Part shown: piece after piece, positions 26,309 through 32,268 of the stretch
How positions within the stretch are numbered: the stretch's first letter is position 1
Layout of the letters: each line of letters starts with the position of its first letter
Source: a virus
Virus record (IMG/VR): IMGVR_UViG_3300050154_000050
Location: 1 to 47,816 of that record
Length of the DNA: 47,816 nt
Reading direction: 5' to 3' (one strand)
Notes under the pieces: model-generated
Seen by the model: only the letters and a program-made list of their open reading frames with translations
Told to the model about the DNA's origin: nothing
Database searches by the model: none
Translations under genes and position numbers: made by a program

Positions 26309-27019
26309 TTATTCGGACATAATTCTGTTTTTTGCTATCTCGAAATACTTATCGTCCATCTCGATACCGATGAATTTGCGGTTTAGGTTTTTTGCTGCTA
26401 CACCTGTTGTGCCTGAGCCAATAAATGGATCAAATATCACAGATTCAATAACTGAATGGTTAATAATGAATTTTTCCATTAAATCTACAGGCTTGCATGT
26501 TGGATGCCCATACTCATTTTTATCTTTCTTGTTTATAGGTGACGTAAAAACCATACTTTTTGATTCATAACTACCTAATATCTTTGATTTTTTACCTTTT
26601 ATGTAAATCCAATACTCAACATCGTTTAGATATTTACAATTACATAGTGGAGTTGGATTTGTTTTGTTCCACACACCAATACCGTATTGATATCCGTTAT
26701 CCTCAGCAAATGAGATATACATGTGCAATTGCTTTGTAGAGCAAGTAAACACGCAGCAAAAATGTTGTTTAGTTTTAAACAGGCGTTTTGATTGTTCAAT
26801 AAATTTATTGAAGTTAAAACCATTAACCATATCCATCGAGTTAACTTCTTGCATAAACTCTCTGTTATCGCGGCCCATCATTCCTCCGCCTTTGCTCTTT
26901 GATAACTCATATGGCGGGTCAGTCAAAATCATATCAACAGTACCACTTTCAATTTCTTTCATTCTTTCTAAGCAGTCGCCTTTCATTAGCCACATTGTTT
27001 CTGTTTTAATATCGCTCAT
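26309..27019 (-). CDS. DNA methyltransferase (beta-class N6-adenine/N4-cytosine)
   Basis: Motif IV ILTDPPY precedes motif I FDPFIGSGTTGVAA; visibly AT-rich gene. Confidence 0.8.
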   Translation of the reverse strand: MSDIKTETMWLMKGDCLERMKEIESGTVDMILTDPPYELSKSKGGGMMGRDNREFMQEVNSMDMVNGFNFNKFIEQSKRLFKTKQHFCCVFTCSTKQLHMYISFAEDNGYQYGIGVWNKTNPTPLCNCKYLNDVEYWIYIKGKKSKILGSYESKSMVFTSPINKKDKNEYGHPTCKPVDLMEKFIINHSVIESVIFDPFIGSGTTGVAAKNLNRKFIGIEMDDKYFEIAKNRIMSE

Positions 27020-27705
27020 TTCTTTTCTATCCTCGCAAACGTAACTGTTTCTGCATACTTTGTGACGCGATCTTTGGCTAATATGTAAATCTCCTTATAT
27101 GGAAACTTTCGCTCCATCCCTTCTTTAATGGCCGCTCTGCACACTTGTTCTGCTGCTTGCAGAAAGCACAAGTCAAGAAGGTCAAGCGTGTCACGGAATC
27201 CGCTAGGAACTTTCTCTTTGCTTTGTATCAACTCAAGCGCTGCATACTCCATTTTTGTGATGTTCATATAGTATTTTGACGCACTGCCTGAACCTTGGTC
27301 TGTGGCGTAGTCTACAAAATCTTTAATGGTGTCAGTTACATTGCGCCTGACTTCTTTGCTTTGAATGCGCGCTTGTTTCCATTCCAGTTTGTCATCATCT
27401 TTCTTTAATTGAGCCTCCATTGCGCTAAAAGCATTAATGTACGCCTCTTTCCATTTTGCAGCCTCTGAGCCAGTGAATCCCATACACAAGAAAGAGAATC
27501 CATCTCGTGTCATCATGAAGCTGTCGTATGTATGCCCCCTCACGACATAATTTGACTGCGCAAAATGGCGCATCATAAACTCATCGCTGCACTCAAGATT
27601 ATCTATTGCCCTCATAACATCACGATGAATCTTTCCGAATTTTTTTGATACTAGTACGCTATCAACCATCGGAACGCCATTAGTTAAAACAACCAAATCA
27701 TTCAT
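27016..27705 (-). CDS. Rha family phage regulatory protein
   Basis: N-terminal VDSVLVSKKFGKIHRDVMRAIDNL...FLCMGFTG matches the Rha signature. Confidence 0.75.
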   Translation of the reverse strand: MNDLVVLTNGVPMVDSVLVSKKFGKIHRDVMRAIDNLECSDEFMMRHFAQSNYVVRGHTYDSFMMTRDGFSFLCMGFTGSEAAKWKEAYINAFSAMEAQLKKDDDKLEWKQARIQSKEVRRNVTDTIKDFVDYATDQGSGSASKYYMNITKMEYAALELIQSKEKVPSGFRDTLDLLDLCFLQAAEQVCRAAIKEGMERKFPYKEIYILAKDRVTKYAETVTFARIEKK

Positions 27706-27716
27706 GTTAATTCCTT

Positions 27717-27731
27717 ATGTAAAATTTACAT
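27717..27731. promoter_or_regulatory. Perfect 15-bp palindrome ATGTAAA-a-TTTACAT upstream of rha (operator candidate)
   Basis: 7-bp arms read directly; 11 nt upstream of ATG 27705. Confidence 0.5.
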
Positions 27732-27884
27732 GATAATTGTAGTTTATATTGGCCAAGAAAACAACGAAACATAAAAGCGTTTAAACACTCTTCAACAAGC
27801 AATTTTCACCGTCACGATAAACAAAACCAATTCACGTTTGAAACGTAAGACGGCCGACATTTCGGCGCTCCTAAATTCAACACA

Positions 27885-27908
27885 CAAAAAAGGCGCACTA
27901 AGCGCCTT
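27885..27908 (-). terminator. Intrinsic terminator after dut (leftward)
   Basis: Minus strand AAGGCGC-ttagt-GCGCCTT followed by TTTTT. Confidence 0.7.
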
Positions 27909-27933
27909 ACCATTATGCTAATACCGGCGGCAT

Positions 27934-28362
27934 CTATCTTCCACTACTCCCAAATCCACCATCACCACGCTCGCTGTCGCTTAATTCCGTTACCTCTTCA
28001 AATGTAACTACCGGCACAGGAATAAGCATGGCTTGTGCGATGCGGTCGCCGACTTTAGGCACGTATTGAATCTGGCGGTCACAGGTTAGCTTTACCATTA
28101 GCTGGCCGCGATAGCCTGAGTCGATAACACCTACGCAATTAGACAGGCGCATATTGTTTTTGAAGCCATGACCAGAGCGGCTATAAATCATCATGGCGTA
28201 ACCTCGTGGTACTTCTACTGACAAGCCAGTATCGCATAGATACATTCCACCAAAATTATCGTTGACGCCATCAGCATACAAATCAAAACACGCATCACCG
28301 TCATGTGCGTAGGTTGGCAGCTTTGCTGTATCCGTGAGGAGCTTTACTTTTAGATTAATCAT
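27934..28362 (-). CDS. dut: dUTP diphosphatase (trimeric dUTPase)
   Basis: Motifs GDACFDL, SRSG, GVIDSGYRG and C-terminal RGDGGFGSSG. Confidence 0.9.
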   Translation of the reverse strand: MINLKVKLLTDTAKLPTYAHDGDACFDLYADGVNDNFGGMYLCDTGLSVEVPRGYAMMIYSRSGHGFKNNMRLSNCVGVIDSGYRGQLMVKLTCDRQIQYVPKVGDRIAQAMLIPVPVVTFEEVTELSDSERGDGGFGSSGR

Positions 28363-28820
28363 TTGCTTAAAAACTCCTTTATGTCATCAACTGAAATGCT
28401 GAACTCTATAACGTAAGAATTAATTCCGACTTCAAGGTTATTATCGTTATCTTCATATTTAACGGGTATGTAGTATTTCTTTGATTCTTTTTTGTAATTC
28501 GGGTCGTAAATGCTCCAATTACCATCTGGATCAACCTCCATCAGCACCATGTGAGTGCCGCCTTCGACGTTCAAGCTTGGCACTATCAAGCCATAAACGG
28601 TGTTGTAGTCAATGTTTTTTGGTGAAAAATCAGCGTACATCCTTTCTACTATCAGGCCCTTACTATGCAGGTATTCGGCGCATGTTATGTTGCATTCGGT
28701 GTAGTATTTTTCGTGAAACTCATTAATCACCTCCTCAACCGGCACACATAATATCATGGACATGCAGGTGCTTACGCAAGTTATTGGCGTTGGTTGTACT
28801 TGTTGTTTTATTAGCATCAT
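28359..28820 (-). CDS. Stand-alone papain-like cysteine peptidase, C39-like
   Basis: Q-x5-C (QPTPITCVSTCMSMIL), GGTHMVLMEV and WSIYDPNY give a Q/C/H/D arrangement as in C39 peptidase domains. Confidence 0.55.
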   Translation of the reverse strand: MMLIKQQVQPTPITCVSTCMSMILCVPVEEVINEFHEKYYTECNITCAEYLHSKGLIVERMYADFSPKNIDYNTVYGLIVPSLNVEGGTHMVLMEVDPDGNWSIYDPNYKKESKKYYIPVKYEDNDNNLEVGINSYVIEFSISVDDIKEFLSK

Positions 28821-29422
28821 TCCCCGCCTTTTGTTGGTACTGATAATTCACCAGATAGAATTGAGTCGTAAACACTGCGCAAATGCGATTTCAGTCTTTG
28901 CTTCTCACCTTCAGATGTTCCTCCAAAAATACATGTATTACCATATGCGCTATCAACCCACTCGTTACGCAAACGCTCTGCCTTTTCTTCTGGTGTTTCT
29001 AGTGGGCGAATTGATTCAATTACAAGCTGAGTTGTATAACGTGTTCGTCTGTTGTAAACGGCAACACACATACCACCATTACCACCACACACATGAGCTA
29101 GAACATCAAGAATATCTCCACTTTCGAACTCCTCTATTGGCTCGTAGTAATTAAATTCATTATTGAAAACAAACTCAACATTAGCCCCCACCTCTGGCAA
29201 CCGCCCAGCCTTTTGGTCTTCAACCGTCCAGCGTTTAGGTTCTTGGATGATGCGGCGCATGGCGCAAACTGGGTGATTTCTCAATGACTCAGGAGTTAAA
29301 TCAGATGATCTTGCGTAAGACTTAATCCCACTAGCAATACTATGAACAACAACATCTAAACCGGTAAAAGTTCCAGCTCCATCGAACAATTCTTGGTTAC
29401 CAAACACTGCTTCATATTTCAT
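28817..29422 (-). CDS. Hypothetical protein (cassette C)
   Basis: 201-aa track ORF; 4-nt overlap with the peptidase gene. Confidence 0.55.
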   Translation of the reverse strand: MKYEAVFGNQELFDGAGTFTGLDVVVHSIASGIKSYARSSDLTPESLRNHPVCAMRRIIQEPKRWTVEDQKAGRLPEVGANVEFVFNNEFNYYEPIEEFESGDILDVLAHVCGGNGGMCVAVYNRRTRYTTQLVIESIRPLETPEEKAERLRNEWVDSAYGNTCIFGGTSEGEKQRLKSHLRSVYDSILSGELSVPTKGGE

Positions 29423-29648
29423 TATTTATCTCCTAAATTATCAACATCACTACGAACGAAAATTACATCGCGGTTGTCTTTGCGTTCATGGCGCCCGCAT
29501 GGCGGAACATTTCTGTAATCACTGCCAATTGTACACATCCCATACGCGCTACTTAAATCACAATTCCTGCATCCATCCTGCATCCATCCTGCTCAACAGC
29601 GATATACCACAAGCCATCATGCTTGAACTTGCTCTCTGTGTAGTTCAT
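29422..29648 (-). pseudogene. Small 4-Cys (zinc-ribbon-like) gene frameshifted by an 11-bp tandem duplication
   Basis: The ORF from ATG 29648 stops after 31 codons. Removing one 11-nt unit restores a 71-codon ORF ending in TAATG on the next gene start (227-11=216 nt). Confidence 0.5.
29565..29591. repeat. Tandem duplication CATCCATCCTG x2 plus a partial third unit
   Basis: 29570-29580 equals 29581-29591; 29565-29569 repeats the unit end. Confidence 0.9.
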
Positions 29649-29650
29649 AT

Positions 29651-29824
29651 CTACTCCCACTCATCCGGCGACATAATGCGGTTTGGGTTGATTACTTCAA
29701 AGTGTGATTCATCTAGTGTTCTATGAACACCTAATACACACCAGTCTTTGCAGCAATCATCGAAAAATGCCACCTCCCAATCTCCGCCATATTTCACCCA
29801 ATAAAACCCACTTTTACGCTCCAT
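29651..29824 (-). CDS. Hypothetical 57-aa protein (cassette C; below the track cutoff)
   Basis: MERKSGFYWVKYGGDWEVAFFDDCCKDWCVLGVHRTLDESHFEVINPNRIMSPDEWE; GGAG before the ATG. Confidence 0.45.
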   Translation of the reverse strand: MERKSGFYWVKYGGDWEVAFFDDCCKDWCVLGVHRTLDESHFEVINPNRIMSPDEWE

Positions 29825-29839
29825 CTTTAATCTCCTTAA

Positions 29840-30046
29840 TCAGAAAAATAACCCCATAAAAGAGCCAACAGGAACAGCAATAATGCCTACAGCTCTAACA
29901 ACAAGTAATCCCGTTATGTTGCCAAAATCGCTATTAACAACATTTATGCAGTTTATAATCCATCCGTAAATGCAGATTAACCACATCATAATTACAAAGA
30001 TTGCCAGTTTTACCGGCGTTCCTGAACTTCGTTTTTTACTTAACAT
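29840..30046 (-). CDS. Small membrane protein (2 TM helices)
   Basis: LAIFVIMMWLICIYGWII and LLVVRAVGIIAVPVGSFMGLFF. Confidence 0.5.
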   Translation of the reverse strand: MLSKKRSSGTPVKLAIFVIMMWLICIYGWIINCINVVNSDFGNITGLLVVRAVGIIAVPVGSFMGLFF

Positions 30047-30233
30047 CTTTAATCTCCTTAACTGCTAATTTACGTTGTGCGCGTTTTGCGCGGTGATATG
30101 CCACTGCACACGAACCTTTCTTGCAAAACTTGCGAGGGTTGCTATTTGGTAAGTAACTAAACTCCTCACCACACCAATCGCATGGCTTTGTCATAATCTG
30201 TGAATCTGGAATGTGAACCATTTTGCATCTCAA
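30036..30233 (-). CDS. Small Cys-rich basic protein (likely start ATG 30221); first gene of cassette C
   Basis: CDWC...CKKGSC plus a basic tail HRAKRAQRK; the track start is TTG. Confidence 0.5.
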   Translation of the reverse strand: MRCKMVHIPDSQIMTKPCDWCGEEFSYLPNSNPRKFCKKGSCAVAYHRAKRAQRKLAVKEIKDVK

Positions 30234-30257
30234 TTTGTAATCATTAAACCTAGTGTA

Positions 30258-30271
30258 AGTTAACTATTACA
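30258..30271 (-). promoter_or_regulatory. 14-bp motif variant TGTAATAGTTAACT (1 mismatch), pointing into cassette C
   Basis: Plus strand AGTTAACTATTACA. Confidence 0.55.
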
Positions 30272-30285
30272 TGATTGCAAGTGGT

Positions 30286-30314
30286 TTGCATTAATATTTG
30301 TTTAGGTTTATAAT
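30286..30314 (+). promoter_or_regulatory. Near-consensus sigma70 promoter TTGCAT-17-TATAAT
   Basis: Hexamers at 30286-30291 and 30309-30314; upstream of 30348. Confidence 0.7.
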
Positions 30315-30347
30315 TTAGACTTAATAACAATCGTAGGAGTACGATAA

Positions 30348-31073
30348 ATGACAAACGAAAAAACAACAATCCAAAATGTGGGACATTGCTATGCCATTGA
30401 GTTCGACAATGGAACAGTGAAGATTGGCAAAACAATAAATCCATCAGCGAGATTTAATACTCATAGGTCATCAGCAAAAAAATTTGGCGTGTCAGTGGTT
30501 AAGGCAATCATATCAATGTCTATTCCGTTTCATGATGAGATGGAAGAAAAACTGCTTAGCGATGCCAGTTCGATTTGTACAATAACAAATTCAAAAGAGT
30601 ATTTCACTGGCATTACCATAGACGATTGCTGTGAGCTTTTTAGACGCAATGGCGTCGGATACGTGAAGGTTTTCGACATCGTGAAAACAGATAAATACGG
30701 AAGAATAATGATGTATGTAGACCTTGAACAGAAAATAAGCAATGAGTATCTAATAAACAAAAAAGAAGAATGTAACAATAAATCAGAAAGCACACCACTT
30801 GGTGTATGCAAAAGTAAGATAATCAAATTCTTGCTAAACAGCGATGAGTCATTATCACCAAGTGTTATAGCTCAGAGAGTTAGAAGTAGATACCAGAACA
30901 TAGATGATAGCGTCATCAACCAGTCCATGCTTGATCTAACAATTGACGGAATAGTCTCATCAGAGATGATTGAGCACGCAAAGACAAAACTGAAGTCAAA
31001 GAGATACTTTATAGGAGCAACAAAAGAGCGAGAGGCAAAACTTTACTTAATTGAAAAATCTAATATAATTTAG
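30348..31073 (+). CDS. T5orf172 (GIY-YIG-related) domain protein with C-terminal wHTH-like region
   Basis: N-terminal HCYAIEFDNGTVKIGKTINPSARFNTHR fits the T5orf172 signature; AT-rich; has its own promoter and terminator. Confidence 0.6.
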   Translation: MTNEKTTIQNVGHCYAIEFDNGTVKIGKTINPSARFNTHRSSAKKFGVSVVKAIISMSIPFHDEMEEKLLSDASSICTITNSKEYFTGITIDDCCELFRRNGVGYVKVFDIVKTDKYGRIMMYVDLEQKISNEYLINKKEECNNKSESTPLGVCKSKIIKFLLNSDESLSPSVIAQRVRSRYQNIDDSVINQSMLDLTIDGIVSSEMIEHAKTKLKSKRYFIGATKEREAKLYLIEKSNII

Positions 31074-31215
31074 ATTACTCCTACGTAAAAACATATTTGC
31101 TTTATACAATTATAAGTTTGTAAGGTTTCAAAAAGTAAGAAAAACGCTAAAAAGTGAATTTTCAGAAAAACATGACCAGATAAACTAATAAAGCAGATAA
31201 ATCAAAAAACCTAAA

Positions 31216-31240
31216 AGACAGCAGATAGCTGTCTTTTTTT
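31216..31240 (+). terminator. Intrinsic terminator after the T5orf172 gene
   Basis: AGACAGC-agata-GCTGTCT followed by TTTTTT. Confidence 0.8.
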
Positions 31241-31390
31241 ATCTCTATATATAAATAATATAAAGATTATAATCTCTATAAGAGAGTATTTATGTATATT
31301 GTTGTTCAGGAGCCTACCCAGTATGTCACATGGTAACGATGTGGTAAATGGTAAATCAAAGTTTATTTTTAGCGTTGTTTTGTGGATAAA

Positions 31391-31399
31391 TGGTAAAAT
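31391..31399 (+). promoter_or_regulatory. Extended -10 promoter TGgTAAAAT
   Basis: TG at 31391-31392 and TAAAAT at 31394-31399; 30 nt upstream of ATG 31429. Confidence 0.45.
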
Positions 31400-31428
31400 A
31401 CCCACACAACAACTACGGGATAAAATCA

Positions 31429-31647
31429 ATGTTCATTCAACTCACACAAGAACAGATGCGACAAGATAGCGGGGATGGCCTTCTACGCTGCGCCTGCACG
31501 ATTGCAAGCAGTTACGGCATAGAGAACTTCATTGAATACACGGAACCGCGCACAGTGCTTGTGGCTGGCGTTAAATGTCATGCTGTTTTTGATTACGTTC
31601 GGCGCGGCGTTGAGTTTGTGGCTTGCAAAGATGAGAAAGTGGTGTAA
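31429..31647 (+). CDS. Hypothetical protein
   Basis: Track ORF 31390..31647 trimmed to ATG 31429, because 31390 lies inside the predicted -10. Confidence 0.45.
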   Translation: MFIQLTQEQMRQDSGDGLLRCACTIASSYGIENFIEYTEPRTVLVAGVKCHAVFDYVRRGVEFVACKDEKVV

Positions 31648-31656
31648 TAATTAAAT
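31643..31656 (+). promoter_or_regulatory. 14-bp motif variant TGTAATAATTAAAT (1 mismatch), pointing toward the tRNAs and head genes
   Basis: Read directly; overlaps the stop codon of 31429..31647. Confidence 0.5.
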
Positions 31657-31918
31657 TGTTGTTGATAGCGTCCTGCCGTTGCGGGTATTTGGGAAGGCAA
31701 TCGAAACAACAATGATTCAACCATAGCAACGCTGTGAAGCGTAGCGAATGGGCAAGAGCTCTAATCTGTCGACATAGCTCTATAAATTATCAAACGCTGA
31801 CCGTTAATGGATTGTTGAGCAATGAGGCGGCACAACAAATCTAGATCCCGCCTAGCAAGTAAAAACAAGTTCCGCTTGTTCATTCTTGCCGATAGAGCTG
31901 AAAGGTTCTAAATTTTTA

Positions 31919-32006
31919 TGGCTCATGGTGTATCATGGATAACACGGATTCGAGATGGTCGCTACTTCCGAATCAAAACATGGTTCAAGCCCATGTGAGC
32001 CAACCA
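31919..32006 (+). ncRNA. tRNA-like element with an expanded anticodon arm (no anticodon assignable)
   Basis: Perfect 7-bp acceptor TGGCTCA/TGAGCCA, D-arm GTGT/ACAC with GG in the loop, T-arm CATGG-TTCAAGC-CCATG, encoded ACCA. The anticodon region is a 6-bp stem GATTCG/CGAATC with a 16-nt loop. Confidence 0.5.
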
Positions 32007-32010
32007 ATTT

Positions 32011-32085
32011 TGCACTGTAGCTTAAGGTAAAGCGGTCTGGCTCATAACCGGAAATACTCAGGTTCGATACCTGTCAGTGCAACCA
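32011..32085 (+). tRNA. tRNA with anticodon CAT (Met, or Ile2 if lysidine-modified)
   Basis: Acceptor TGCACTG/CAGTGCA, anticodon stem TCTGG/CCGGA, loop CTCATAA, T-loop TTCGATA, CCA encoded. Non-standard 2-nt D/anticodon junction and a U-U at the top of the T-stem. Confidence 0.75.
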
Positions 32086-32091
32086 AATAAC

Positions 32092-32165
32092 GCGAGTGTA
32101 ATTCAGTGGCAGAACTGGCGACTTCCAATCGTTACGCGTGAGTTCGATTCTCACCACTCGCTCCA
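32092..32165 (+). tRNA. tRNA-Gly (anticodon TCC)
   Basis: Acceptor GCGAGTG/CACTCGC, anticodon loop CTTCCAA, T-arm GTGAG-TTCGATT-CTCAC, CCA encoded. Confidence 0.85.
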
Positions 32166-32268
32166 AATTAGACAGCGCCCTCTGCATTTGTACGGCGCTG
32201 TTACCACATCTGCAACATCCCGTCATTCCATGCTAAAATATCACCAGTCTAGACAACTGGTATTAATC

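Noticed and set aside
31211-31429. Minus-strand ORF in the AT-rich intergenic region
   Set aside because: It spans the terminator hairpin at 31216-31240 and the repeat elements. The translation is low-complexity Ile/Leu/Phe/Lys with no RBS.
31919-32006. Folding the first tRNA-like element as a class II tRNA-Leu (anticodon GAG)
   Set aside because: It requires stem CGGAT/GGTCG with an A-G mismatch and C at position 33, and it leaves the strong 6-bp GATTCG/CGAATC pairing unused. This is not convincing by eye.
32077-32268. 5' extension of track ORF 32077..33711 (MQPNNASVIQWQNWRL...)
   Set aside because: It reads straight through the tRNA-Met 3' end and tRNA-Gly. The first plausible start is ATG 32269 (MIKKIKGKFELY...), so the extension is not coding.
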